This document shows positions 49,300 to 64,000 of a DNA stretch of 64,000 nucleotides, one piece after another (the stretch's first letter is position 1; each line of letters opens with the position of its first letter). The notes under the pieces are model-generated. The model was given only the letters and a program-made list of their open reading frames with translations. It was not told where the DNA came from and searched no databases. Location: the NCBI GenBank assembly GCA_951406725.2, contig OX597842.1:15686001-15750000 (forward strand), written 5' to 3'. This DNA is from Octopus vulgaris. Taxonomy: Eukaryota. Position numbers and translations under genes: made by a program.

Positions 49300-49400
49300 G
49301 CTATAGAAGAAGACACTTATTCAAGGTGCCATGCAGTGGCACTGAAACCGTAACTGTGTGGTTGGGTAGCAAGCTTCTTACCACACAGCTACGCCTTCAC
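49300..49400 (-). mobile_element. tRNA-derived SINE head (a similar remnant at ~15070-15145)
   Basis: Minus strand AGGCGTAGCTGTGTGGTAAGAAGCTTGCTACCCAACCACACAG...GTGGCACCTTG with A/B-box-like segments. Confidence 0.7.
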
Positions 49401-52199
49401 CTGTAGTTTTCTATAACAATTTCTGCTAAAACTAACAGATGTCACTGATTTTTCTCTTTAGTAAAACACATCACTTACTCTAGATTATATCTCCTATCAA
49501 TATTTGCTTGACTCGTATAATAATCTGATCCTTGGAACATTTTCACACCGGAATGGATGCATTCATCTCCCAGTAACAGGATCCTTTTTATTAGTCTTTT
49601 CTATGTCAACTATAAAGGTTACTATAAAGGTTACGAGTTTGACTAATCCCAGAAAATATTTGTTTGCGTTCAAAGTCCCATTCCAATCACCCACCAAAAT
49701 TAAGGAGCGAGATATTCCCATCGGGCTCTACTGTTTCGTTTACTGTTGCTTATATCAAAGACCTACCGACCAGATCTAAGAAAACTTTTTCCAGGACGTT
49801 GTATGAGTCTTCTAAGATTCTTCTGTGTAAAATGTTTTTCAATCCTTCCACATCATGTTGGAAACTTTTCTTCGAAACACTGTACATTGTTGCTGGCGTT
49901 CCTACCAGAGCCTTTTCTTGTATATTTTTGGAAACGTTGAGAGCATCAAAAGCCTCATTTGTTAAACTTTTGCTTTTACCTAAGTTTGTAAACTTGATGA
50001 GATCAACGTTTTACTTTCGGAGAACTGTTCAGTTGGGAGACTCCTCCGTCAGGTGTTGCCCTAAATGTTACGTCCATTGTAATTGATGTGGGCGTCGGTT
50101 TGGTTGCTTTTGGCTTTGGTCATTTGGTCTCTTGTTTTTAAAGTTATTGTTGTGGGTTTTGTAATCGTTTTTCCATCGACTTATTTATGAGACTGGGGAC
50201 ACTCGTACTTGGTGGTAACAAAGTTTGAGGGGTTAGTGGTCAAGACACTATTTTCACCATTCCTGACTACCCGCTAGGGTGATTTTGTGTCCACCAAAGC
50301 CAGTTCTATATCCGAAGAGTAGCCTGGATTTGGATTTAATTTCTTCCGTATCATTTACTGATGTTGTTCGTAGTGGTGGTCGTGATTGTGGAGGTAGTCA
50401 CGGGACATTTTTTCACGCCTTTCCTTGAGTGAAGGTTTGTTTTGTTGCTTCTGTATTTATCGTTGTTGTGGTGGGTGCTGCTACCGTTCTCTTTGTAATT
50501 ACAGTAGATTTTGCGTTGGAAGCAGCGATGCAGTGCGAGTCATTTCACCACTGTGACGTAGAAAGCTTCGGGCTGATCTATTTTGCCACATGCATAACAT
50601 CTGGATTTCCTACCCTTGACGACCACCGGCATCTGCCAAACAATCTCCGATAGACAAAAAAGTTTGCTATGGAAACCACATCTTCTGGAACACTTAAAAC
50701 TTGGAATTCCTTCTTTTTATTTTGATGGGGGGTTGATTTCATGCTCATTATTTCCCCGTGCTTGTCCCTATGAGGAGGTACGTTTGTAACCCTCACGTTC
50801 GTCACATAGCGTTCCATATATAAGGGTAACATCGCGAACTAGGGTGCAGGTCATCGTATCCCTTCTAGGCCCATCCTTTGATAAACACTACGGTATGCTA
50901 CACATCTTCCAAATATTTGTTTTGTATTTCGGTTGAGGAAAGGAATTGTAGCATCGATTCTGCGCGATTGGTGCTCTTATAGATTCTTCTTATTTTCTCG
51001 ATGCACATCATTCCCCCTTCTGGGAGTGACATGGCCCCAGGATGAACGATATTCTTCCTATACGTTTTTAATGACATCTCCTCCCCCTTTAAGTAAAACG
51101 ACGATCCGCCGCTTTGTAACATTCGCGAAGAATGTTTTTTTTTCTTTATGTATTTTCATCGTTATTGTTGTTGTTGTTGTTGCTGTTGCCCTTGTAGATT
51201 ATGTTAGTGTTCTTCTCATTCATTTTATTGTTGTTGTTGTCTCAATTGTGGCGGCTGCTGTCGACGTTACAGTTGTAGTTATTGTTGTTGTTGCTAAAGC
51301 TATCAGCGCCATTGTTGGTAGCTTTATCGCTGCTGCTGATTACATTATTATTGTTGCTGTTGTTGTTGTTCTCGTAGTTCATACTAATACTAGTGCTATT
51401 ATTGTTACTGTTGTCGTCATCGTCGTCGCTGATGTTGTTTACTGTTTTGTGTTTTATTGTTCGTAGTTTCTTTTCTTCTTTCCATGGGAGTGGCAACCGA
51501 CTCGTATGGCTGACTACTATGTCAGATCGTTTAACTACGACGTAAGAGGTGAGGCGAATACATTTCCTCCAAAAACTAATCCTCTATTTAAATTCGTGGA
51601 AAAAGAAGTTCATAGATGATATGTATCGGGAAAAACCTCGGGACCAGCTGATGCCAGTTTCGTCATTAGAACTGGAACAATCTGCTTCAGTAGTAATTAA
51701 TATAACAGAGGAAGACAGTACTGGAGAAGACCTGTCCAGGGAGAGACCACCGATAGACTATATATACACGACTCATATATAATTATTTTCGTTGGATTCA
51801 ACTTTCGGAAACATTGAACAACTAATGGTTTTTGCATACGCATACCGGCATTAATGTTTAAACTACACGAAATTTTACAATTTTAAAGTTTATGCTCTTA
51901 AAACTTTATATTTACATGTATGTGCACCTTGTTGACAAGCATTTCTTATTAGCTTTCACGTCAAAATTTTGCAGTTTACAAAAAAAGACTACCATGACGA
52001 TGTCAACTGTGAATATGACGACGATGAAGATGCTATTACAGCGACGAGAACGCAGATATTGATGACGATCATAACGAATATGATGAGGTGGAGGGAAATT
52101 GTGAGGATTATCATGATCAAGATGATGATCATTATAATGATGAAGATGAGCCATAAATTTTCCAGTGGAGTTGTTAAATGAACAAAATCCACGTGGAAT

Positions 52200-53040
52200 T
52201 CCACCTCATATTCTGGTGATGAACGTTTGAAGTTTTATAATGTGAGAACGAAACCTCAGACCCCTGAAGAGTTTACTAAATTGAACATGAGCAACAATTA
52301 TAGAAGAGCGCAACGATCTTCTTTATACAATAGAAATATTTACAGGCAACAGTTAAGAAGAAAGTGTCTTCATTTCACGAATTTATTTGTCACATAGCGA
52401 GACAAATCTACTTTTTCAACAGAATCGCAGACAGTTCCCCTTGATACTATTCTTTGTTATTGTAAACGTAGTTTTCTCCCAGACCTACCAGATGCAAGTG
52501 AAACGAAAGAATGCTTCCCCACTCTAAATGGCATCAACTATTCTCTTAAACAACTATTTGTCTGAACTGAAGTCTTTTGATTCCCTACTCAACTTAAGTT
52601 CGGTCCTCCAAAATATCCGTTTGAACATTAGAATGAAAATTAAGAACTGGGTCTGGTAGGCCTAATGTGGTACAACTAACACCATGCAATCACAATATCA
52701 AATCTATTCCCTGTATGAATTGTTAAAGGAAATTTTAAAGTAGCTTCGTTAAAAGTCTTCAATGAATGTACTTTCAATCAGCTGATACAGTTCTACAGGG
52801 TATTTAAGCGTGTGAACTGCATATAGCTATGCATAGCTTCGCCTCAGTAAAGATGGGCGAATCATCAATACCTGCAGATTGTTCTAGAAATCTCATTCAC
52901 TTACAATCATAACCACGTAAAGTATATTTTTCTGCTGCTTTCGATAATGTTTCAAATACTTCACCATTTCGATTCCCAGTTGGTAGATCTTTAAAATTTA
53001 AGGCTCCTCGAATATATAATAGTAATGGAGGAAGAAAAAT
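52200..53040 (-). mobile_element. Highly decayed Helitron Rep/helicase fragment
   Basis: Minus-strand LLLYIRGALNFKDLPTGNRNGEVFETLSKAA resembles the Helitron LLLxVRGxxSFEDLRTVNGxxxxTFxEAA region; Pif1-like remnants downstream. Confidence 0.55.
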
Positions 53041-53159
53041 CTATCGGGCGGACATAATAAACTTGGATGGCCACAAGAAGGAGAACAACAACAACTAACA
53101 ACAACACGACTGTGCGAAGTTAGCTATAGTAAATATAGCCTCATACGTAGGTAACAATG

Positions 53160-53990
53160 ATGAAATTTTATAAAGAGCTTCAAGTGTAACAGTAGGAGAT
53201 AGGGAAACCAAAAGACCAAAGGGGTTAAAAACCTTTTAAAAAAATGAAGCAAGATTATCTGACTGGCAAGAGAAGGCTTTGCACGGTATATTTCCAAAGA
53301 TAATCACAGAAAAAATAATAATGAGACAGCTGTGGATTCACAAAGCAAGGCTGAAAAGGGAAACAAAACTGTTGCTAGTAATTGCACAAGGTCTGATATA
53401 GAGGACTATTTTGATAAAAGCCAGAGTAGAGGAAAATCTGGCAGATTAACAATGCAGGTTAAGTGAATCAAAGGGTAAAGTTCTACTCATGATAGTCTGG
53501 GTAGAATAATCCAGAGGAAGTTATGTAGATAGCTAGAAATTGACCATACTGATAAGTGTTATAAATATGAATCTAGTAAAGTGCTAGAAAACAAGAAAAA
53601 AATATAAGACATGGTGGGATTTTATTATTCAGGCCGAGAGATTAATAGAAGCTACAAAGCCTCATTTGGAAGTAGTAGTCTAAGAGAAAGGAAAGTGTCA
53701 GGTAATTGACTTAACTATCCCAAATGATGAGATAATCAATATGGAAACTATACAGAAAATAGCAAAGTACCAGGGTCTAGCCATTCAGTTATAGAGGCTA
53801 GGAAGTGTGTGGATAAAATGTAACCCTGTAGCTATAAGTGCATTACGAATTATCGCTAAGGGTTTCACAAAGAAATAGAAATACTAGGCATAAAACCTAC
53901 TTTAGTGCAGCTCCAGGAAACCGTGTTATTAGGGGCAGCTAGGATACTTAGGAAGGTTTTTCGCATATAAGGTTACTTGCTGCAGCCCGA
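53160..53990 (+). mobile_element. R4/Dong-like LINE 3' fragment
   Basis: WQEKALHGIF, WWDF, VIDLTIPND, KYQGLA remnants; followed by SINE and (AAT)n. Confidence 0.7.
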
Positions 53991-54189
53991 TGTTAGGAAC
54001 TTTTCATGTTCCAGTCTAATCTGTTGTGCGTAGAGGAAGTAATAATTCTTTCTTCTAAATACAAATGGGCTGCTTTTTTCCTAATTTTGGCGGTGGGGAC
54101 TAGATGATTACATCGACCCCAGTGTTTTACTGGTACATAATTTATCAACTCCGAAAGGATCAAATGTAAAATCGATTTCGCCGCCTTAA

Positions 54190-55485
<1,296 letters not shown>

Positions 55486-56347
55486 GGGTATATTGGGCTT
55501 CGTATATGTCAACCGTGTCACTTTGTTGGCATGCACTGCTCTCTCACTCAATCGTAATAATAACACTTTCTACTACAGGCACAAGGGCTGAAATTGCGGG
55601 TTAGGGTCTCGTCAGTTACATCGACCCCTGTACATAGTTGATACTTATTTCATCGACTCCAAAATTATGAACGGTGAAGCAATCTCGGCGGAATTAGTAA
55701 TAATAATCCTTTCTATTATAAGCACAAGGTTTGAAATTTGAGGGGAGGGGACTAGTCGATGACATTGACCCCGGTACCCAACTATTACTTAATTTAACGG
55801 AGCGGAAAGGGGGAAAGACAAAGTTGACATCGTTGAAAGTAATAATAATAATAATGATAATTATAATCCTTTGTACTAAAGGTACAAAGCCTGAAATGTC
55901 GGGGCTGAGGATATATTAATCAATCAATCGTAATGCAAGGCATCTATGTTCATTGCTACATCAAAATTGTGACATATGAAAAGAACGGAGTGAGAAAATG
56001 TTAGACTTACCTGAGAAAAATGATAATATTCGGTTGTTAATTTAAAAAATATATTTACTCTGACGGTTTGCGTTCGCTACTTTTAATAAAAATTAAGAAA
56101 GAATGCATTGAAGTAGAAATCAGCCAACCAGGATCTAACTTCTGTCAGCCAATGAAATTTACGAATCATCTTTTATGAGTCGTAAACATTTTTAATTGCT
56201 TTTCTCAATCGATTTCACCTCTCACCTCATCTCTTTTAACACAACGCCTTATATGCTTCTTTTCATGCATACATACATACAGACATACATACCTGCATAA
56301 ATATATATATATACATACATACATATATATATTATATGCACACACGT

Positions 56348-56386
<39 letters not shown>

Positions 56387-57264
56387 CATGTATAAATATA
56401 TGTATGTATGTATGACCATATACCAAGATCTATGCGCTGGGTATAACTCAAACTGCATCCAGAGGTGGGGTATTTTGTTCGGGAGTTCCAGGGTTTGTGG
56501 AATCTGGAATCACCTCGTAGTCACTATTGTCCCCCGCGCTACGCTGAGTGTTAGCAAATGTCAAAGTCCACCTATAAGTTAACTAATATAAGTGATGACA
56601 ATGTATCGGAGCGCGGAAATGCAGAAATAACCTTGGTTGATGTCACGGCATGCAGTAAAACCACTAAAAAAGACGGTTCCCTTGGTTGCATCAGAGGTGC
56701 CTACTGATGGAAAACCTGCTGTTTGACCTGATTAAAAGTCCTCTCTGTTCGGTCTGCCACTAGGTTGTAGTCACAGAGACTCAGAGTGGTACTGAGACTC
56801 AGAGTGGTACTGATATTCTACAGGGGCCTCTCACTATAATTAAATGATGCACAATTATCTCTTTAAGCTGACCACATTCAGCATTTAATCTGCTAAAGTT
56901 CCTACGGTGATGGAAGAATGAACGCGCACGGTAGACTACAACAACTTTCGTCTCTCACCTACGCTTCAAAGAAGGTAGATCAGCAGAGAGACTAAATTTC
57001 AACTGAGAGGTCATGAATGGAAACACAGAAATGCCATTCACAAACAGTAAGCAAAAGGTAACGGCAACCATCTGCCAAGATGGAGCAATCAGTTTATGTG
57101 TTTGTATATGTATATATATATATTTAAAATTTCATACGTTTAAAGTTTATGAAAGCTCACAGTGTTTTGTCAGTTATAAATAGTCCATATAAATATATGC
57201 CCTCGACGGAAAAAAGGTAGTGTTTGCCGTACAAATATATATATATATATACACAAATGCATAC

Positions 57265-57344
<80 letters not shown>

Positions 57345-57378
57345 ACATACATTCATATAGACATACATATATACATAC

Positions 57379-57460
<82 letters not shown>

Positions 57461-58127
57461 TATAATTTGAGAGAGAGAGGAGTATATAGATACGTATATT
57501 TATGTTACCCTAGCAATATCACAAGAAGGCAGTTGTATTCGTCAATATATACTTATGCTTGTGCGTGGGTTCACGTCTTTTTGTGTGTATCTACCCATAT
57601 ATCTATCTATCTAACTAACTAACTAACTAATTAACTATCTATCTGTCTATCCCTGTCCTTTCGCTAACCTCTGTAACAATCGCTACATCCTTGTACATGG
57701 ATAAGAGATCTAGTTTAGTTTCAAATCCACCGAAACGCAACCCAAAGTGGTCTTTCAGTCCATTGTTGTACTTTGTAGTCCTTTGTAGTAATTTGAGCCG
57801 ATACCTGTTTTATGCCTGTCTCATTCTTTGATATATTGGACGTAAACTTAGATCATATACATGTATGTACGTGTGTGTATTATATATATATATATATATG
57901 TATTATATACGTATGTATGACTAGGTTCCTTAAGTGTTCAGTGTAGGTATTTTGTTTTTCGCTGATCTTAAGGTTTATGTTAACACCCGATGGTCATCTG
58001 ATTTCCACAACTGTTGTCACTGGGACATTTCGCTACTACTTCTTCTTATGAGTGATGACGTTATCTGTCGTACTGTTGGCTATTGGTATGTATGCATGTA
58101 TTATATTTAGATACATATATGTATGTC

Positions 58128-58178
<51 letters not shown>

Positions 58179-58179
58179 G

Positions 58180-58214
<35 letters not shown>

Positions 58215-58340
58215 ATACGTAGGCATGCTCGCTTAGCCAGCGGGGTGGCGTCATTTGTTTGGAGGCTAAAACAAAGCGAAGCGCATTGTGACCAGCGATG
58301 TGTAGCAACATCTGACAGCCTGGTCGGCCACGTGATTGCG

Positions 58341-58387
<47 letters not shown>

Positions 58388-58392
58388 TATAC

Positions 58393-58423
<31 letters not shown>

Positions 58424-58572
58424 CATATATATACATATATATACATATATATATATACATACATATATAGATATAGTTAATTCAAACAAGAAAGCACAAA
58501 AAACAGAACGACGCGAGGACGTGGAACAAATATAGTATTATTGGACACTCAGGAAAGAAGGAAAGAAGGAGG

Positions 58573-58607
58573 GTTTAACGTTTCGAGCGGAGCTCTTCGT
58601 CGGAAAC
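58573..58607 (-). ncRNA. Minimal type-I hammerhead-ribozyme-like motif (Penelope-type, non-canonical core)
   Basis: GTTT-CCGACGA-A-GAGC-TCC-GCTC-GAAA-CG-TT-AAAC: stem I GTTT/AAAC, stem II GAGC/GCTC, palindromic ACGT stem III. Confidence 0.45.
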
Positions 58608-59873
58608 ATAGGAGAAGGAAAGATCCAGAGAAAGGAAGACAGAGAAAAAAATCACCAACGGTACACACGAGGTCACATTTTGAAGGACTGGAAGGAAAAG
58701 GGTGAAGAATTTTGTTTTCAAAGACAGAAGAGTGGTTCTGTCAAAGATAGGAGAATGCGTGTGTAAGTGTGGATCTGTGCGTGCGCGGAGGTCTGCGTTT
58801 GCGCGTGTGTGTATGTGTGCAATGATGACACGTGTGTGTGTGTACGTGTGCGTGTGTATGTGCGCGTGGTTGTATCTGTTGAACAAAGCGTGTTTGTAGG
58901 GCTAGTGTTTGTATGTATGTATGTATGTATGTATGTATGTATGTATGTATGTATGTATGTATGTATGTATGTACGTATGTATGTTTGCCATTTCAGTGGA
59001 CTGAAGCAACGTGAAAAAAGTGTCTTGCTCAAGGACGCAACGCTCGCTGTTGTCTCAATACTTTGTAGGAGAGGTGCGTTCTGATGTAAAACCTGCTATT
59101 TCACATAATCATTGTTCATCTAGATTCGGTCTGCCACTAGGTCCTAGTCACAGAACCTCAGAGTAGTACTCGTGTTGTACAGCCGTCTATCACTACAATC
59201 CAATGACCCACAGATATCTCTTTAAGATGAACACATTTGTCCTTTTATTTACTGAAGCTCCAAAGGCGGTGACATGGCAGAAACGTTAACACGCCGGACT
59301 AAATGCTTAGCGTTATTTCGTCTGTCTTTGCGTTCTGAGTTCAAATTCCTTCGAGGACGACTTTGCTTTAATCCATTAGGGGTCGATTAAATTAAGTACC
59401 AGTTTCGCACTGGAGTCGATGTAATCGACTTGATCCTTCTCCCTGTCCATGTCGGTTTCCTCCATGTTTAGCCCCGTGTGGGTAGTAAAGAAATAGGTAT
59501 TTCGTCTGTTTTTGCGTTCAGAGTTCAAATTACGGCGAGGTTGACTTTGCCTTTCATCTATTCAGGGTCGATAAATTAAGCACCAGTTGCGTACTGGGGT
59601 CGAGCTATCTATCTATATCTGCCCTCTCTCAAGCGTCTGTACCTCAGTGACAAGGATCTGGTATTTTGACAGGAAGATATCCAGTTTTGTTTCGAAGGCA
59701 CTTAAACCCACCCCATGTTGGCCTCTCATGTAATAATATGACCCGATACCTTTTTTTTTACAGTTTTGCTATTTGCTATATTATACGTAAAGTTACATAA
59801 TACATACACACACACACATATATATATATGTGTGCGTGTGTGTGTGTTTGTGTGTATTATATATGTATGTATG

Positions 59874-59904
<31 letters not shown>

Positions 59905-60010
59905 ACATATACGTATGCAATGCATATATATATATGCATACATACAATACACACACACATACACAAACACATATATATATATATATATATGTGTGTGTGT
60001 ATTTTATATG

Positions 60011-60053
<43 letters not shown>

Positions 60054-62123
60054 GTATGCAATGCATATATATATATATATATGCATACATACAATACACA
60101 CACTTACACAAACACACACACATACACAAACACATACACACACATATATATACACACGTACATATGTATACATATATAACTATGTGTATGCATGTATGTA
60201 TAGAACAAGTTTTCTTTTGTTGAAATTTCCAAGAAGCCTTCCTTTCTTAAAAAGTCTTTTCATATAACCGTGTCAAGTCAAGTGCATCTGAAATTTGAAA
60301 GGTTAATATCAGTACTTACAAATATGTCCCACACCCATCCAAGTAATGAAACTGGCTTTTGTGTGAGAAGCTTTGAATTCAGTAGATCACACAAAGATAT
60401 ACATATGTACCCTCAGGCACACATACACATGTCTCCTAGGGGAATGTGACCCAGAGTGTAGTGTGATGAGAGAGACTTAGAATATTAGGGAAAAAAGGAG
60501 GAATGATATATCTCATTTTGTAGGATTGCAAATACATAGCCTTCTAGCTGTGATGTTATGTATATACGGGTTCGAGTGAGGCTAGTATTCCTGTCACTCT
60601 CTGGTCCTTGTGATCCTTATTCTTGAACCAGATGGATCACAGAGCTGAGAAACAAAATGTATATTCTCTAAATAAACAAGGAATAGGGCAGAATATTTCT
60701 GCTCTTGTCTCACTGAGAAGACAGCATCAGTTGTATTTATTCTCGCCATAAAACAAAAATCACGTCTACATTAATTTTCTCTTTCTAAGCAAATGAGATG
60801 TAATTCTTTTCGTAACCTTCATAACTTGCCCCAACAGTTTAACACCTGAAGCATTCTTCCTTTAATTCATTACCTTTGCCTTTTATAGCAGTTGAAAATG
60901 GTATTACCACATCGGTCACAGGGTATGAGACTCTCCTATTCAAGTTGATTTACTAAGGGGCTGACTAACCCGCATCCCACTCTCACGAGTATTTCCTATC
61001 AGATACCTTCCCCACCTTCATACCGTTAAACGCATTCTCCACTGTACGGCTGTAAATTTGGATGGATGGCCCCCTCAACTGGGTTTACTTCCTCTACACT
61101 CTTTATCCCTCTTCTATTCTTTTCATCCAACAAATTCTCATTATCTCACGTCTGCACTTCTTTCTTTACATTTCATGAATAACAAGAGTATCATTGTTAT
61201 TCCGTACAGAATCTTCATCATTGACGCCTTTCATTTCTCTCCCAAACAATCTTGCCATTCAGAATATGCCACACTTCTGATGTTCACTTCTGATGTCTTA
61301 AAACATTGATAAACTTCTTACTCTGCTCATCTTCCTTTCTTTGATATAAATGTTGCGTTGCTTCTTTTCTTGCAGCTTGGTGTTGCTTTTTGTGGTCGTC
61401 TTTTGCCAATCTTTCCAAGCCCGTCCCTTAACCTATGTGGCCCTTTCTATGCAGCTATTCCACTACATATATAAATTACATATGCATGTCTGTTTGTATA
61501 CATATATATACACACACATATATACAGCACAGTGCTACTGCTGCTTATTGCACCAGGAATACTTGTCCTCCAGTTGGCTAATGACACACAGTCTGTGTCC
61601 GATTAGTATTTGCAAGGGAGGTCATCGCTCCCATGTCTAACCTTACGTCATACACACGGATGCAAGTTTCTAGGTGATTACCTCCCCTCCCACCGAGCAT
61701 GTCTTAATCACTAGCAAGTGATGAAAGTTCATTCCACTTGCAAATTATTATATACCTTTCTAGCGACTCACAGTCGCTGATCTCGTAAAACAGAGAGATA
61801 TGTCATTTTAAATTTAATATAACATATACAGATTTGATATAACATATCTCTCTCTTTTACGAGATCAGCGATAGTGAGTCGCTAGAAAAGTATATAGTGG
61901 TTTGGCTACAGATGGGAGTGATGGCCTCCTTCGTAAATACTAATCGGGCACAGACTGTGTGTCGTTATTCAGCTGGAGGAGATGTCTTCCTGGGGCTATA
62001 AAGAACAGTAGCACTGTCCTCTATAGCACGCCACATTCAGTTGACAAATATAGTTTACAATTCCGTACTGCTACTGTTTATATATCTCTCAGAAATTTCA
62101 TATAAGATATGTATGCATGCATG

Positions 62124-62179
<56 letters not shown>

Positions 62180-62339
62180 ATAAAGGCGGTGCTCCAGCAT
62201 GGCCGCAGTCAAATGACTGAAACAAGTACAAAAAAAAAATATATATATATGTATGTATGTGTGTGTGTGTGTATTTATGTATGTACTTGGTAAGGTGGAC
62301 AACTTTCGTTTAACTCCCTGTAGGACGAAAAGCAAACTA

Positions 62340-62950
62340 TTTCAAAGGCCGGGTGAAGACAGGAGAATCAACAGCCATCCAATGGCTGGGAGTGCAATAT
62401 AACTCCTTTTGTTGCGACATCTCTCTTATGTAATACCTATGATGTAGAATAGTTGTTCGTTTGGCAGAAATGTATTGGCTGTTTTGGGAGGGAGTCGGAA
62501 TTGCCATGTGCAAACTAACAGACACACGAGACATAATAATTCAACTGCTCATATCATTGCAAACTATTCCAATCTTGTACAACACACTCGATTAAATAAG
62601 CCAAACCACGCATATAGGAATCATCCTATATTTCCTCATCCTAACACGATCCCTAAAGTAGTAGAGAACTGGTACCTTGTTAACCTCATCGAAAGAGACA
62701 GATATATTGGCTAACATCAGAAGAATTGCCGCATTATACCCTGAAACAAAACATCTGAGTTCCCTGACGACTCATCAATAAAAGACAAAATATCTTTCGA
62801 AATCAGAAACTGGAGAGCTCCAGTATCCCTCAATAGAGTTACGGGACGTGGGAGAGACGTATTTCTCATACGTGACACATAACATGTTGAAACAAAGGGC
62901 AAAAACTCATTCCGAACTATGGAATCTGAGGGTTTACAAACAAAACTCTC
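62340..62950 (-). mobile_element. Gypsy-like LTR retrotransposon protease fragment
   Basis: PVTLLRDTGALQFLISK (aspartic protease DTG motif) in ORF 62717..62902. Confidence 0.6.
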
Positions 62951-63020
62951 CGAAAAGGTAGGGTTAGGTGCGACAAATACAAAAGCGTTCTGTGGACCTG
63001 TGAACTAAACCCCCATACTT

Positions 63021-63105
<85 letters not shown>

Positions 63106-63156
63106 ATATATATGTTTATATATATACGTATATATATATATTTATATGTATGTATA

Positions 63157-63187
<31 letters not shown>

Positions 63188-63288
63188 ATAATTATAAAAT
63201 TAAAATTTAGTGTAAAAATTGATATTTATCAATTAGAACCAGTGGTCTAGCATATTAAAGAAAGAATCCGAAGATTAAAATATTTATA

Positions 63289-63654
63289 TATACCAATTAA
63301 GAACTGAACACGAAAAGTGGACAGTCAACATGCTAGATATAGACGTCAAATCGCCATTCTCCACAAAAAGTCTATGTTCTCAAAACCAAAACAATAAACA
63401 AGTGAAAAATATACGAAATAAATATTTACCCATGTACTAAATTTAGTTTCGGCTGTTATTTTCCTCAAATAACAGCCGAAACTAAATTTAGTACATGGGT
63501 AAATATTTATTTCGTATATTTTTCACTTGTTTATTGTTTTGGTTTTGTGTTTGAGTTTGATCTGAGAACATAGACTTTTTGTGGAGAATGGCGATTTGAC
63601 GTCTATATCTAGCATGTTGACTGTCCACTTTTCGTGTTCAGTCCTTAATTGGTA

Positions 63655-63656
<2 letters not shown>
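63289..63656. repeat. Long near-perfect palindrome (173-bp arms, 5-nt loop)
   Basis: 63289-63461 is the reverse complement of 63467-63656 except 1 mismatch and a 17-nt bulge. Confidence 0.95.
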
Positions 63657-63708
<52 letters not shown>

Positions 63709-63926
63709 GTGTGTGTATATGTATGTATATATATATATGTATATATAAGTTCTGCAACAATTTAGGTTCAAATGAATATGGTACTTAATTTAGATGCACC
63801 AGAATTTTGTATGGTGTTATTCCTAAAAATTTGCGGGGTGATTATAATCAAAAATTAGCAATAAGAATGACTCCGGTAATTAGGTACAATTGTTTCTATA
63901 TATATATATATTTATATGTGTGTGTG

Positions 63927-63957
<31 letters not shown>

Positions 63958-64000
63958 TATTTCACAGGTTATTTAAACGATTAGGTACCATAATAAGTGC

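Larger units (their letters stand above)
47960..50950 (-). mobile_element. Tx1/L1-like LINE (gag knuckle, EN, RT N-terminus) interrupted by SINEs at ~48700-49420
   Basis: RCYACGK knuckle ~50590; EN remnants 49660-50090; SPGLDNLPSE at ~48200. Confidence 0.75.
56260..63960. repeat. Region dense in (TA)n, (TACA)n, (TG)n microsatellites
   Basis: Direct inspection; explains the poly-YI/HT/CV ORFs. Confidence 0.9.

Noticed and set aside
49300-49400. tRNA gene
   Set aside because: No complete cloverleaf; it is a tRNA-derived SINE head present in decayed copies
60313-60400. GTAAGT donor on the minus strand as the 5'UTR exon of the LRR gene
   Set aside because: A lone hexamer in AT-rich DNA; no supporting evidence without transcripts

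Overview
Eukaryotic, AT-rich, very repeat-rich genomic DNA. The SINE, microsatellite and retroelement content looks like a cephalopod (Octopus-like) genome; that is an inference from repeat style. No prokaryotic genes, rRNA, true tRNA or CRISPR are evident. The one clear host gene is on the minus strand and is mostly invisible to the ORF track: a secreted or surface leucine-rich-repeat (LRR) protein. Its signal-peptide/LRR-N-cap exon (40062-39861) is followed by eight intact 72-nt, phase-2/phase-2 exons, each encoding exactly one 24-aa LRR (32507-32436, 31302-31231, 25228-25157, 24062-23991, 6380-6309, 4491-4420, 2937-2866, 449-378). The gene runs off the left edge of the window, so its C-terminus (LRRCT/TM/TIR/7TM) is unseen. 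The LRR exons lie inside nested tandem duplications (~1.2 kb ancestral module; ~1.9, ~4.0 and ~7.2 kb recent units). Duplicate introns are near-identical while duplicate exons differ almost only by amino-acid-changing substitutions, and at least one exon has been deleted, leaving a relic donor. This resembles a rapidly diversifying LRR cassette receptor. The rest of the window is decayed mobile DNA (Tx1/L1-like and R4/Dong-like LINEs, Penelope-like, mariner, Helitron, Gypsy, SINEs), microsatellites, a hammerhead-like motif and a 173-bp-arm palindrome. Exon coordinates were counted base by base; TE boundaries are approximate (about +/-50-100 bp).
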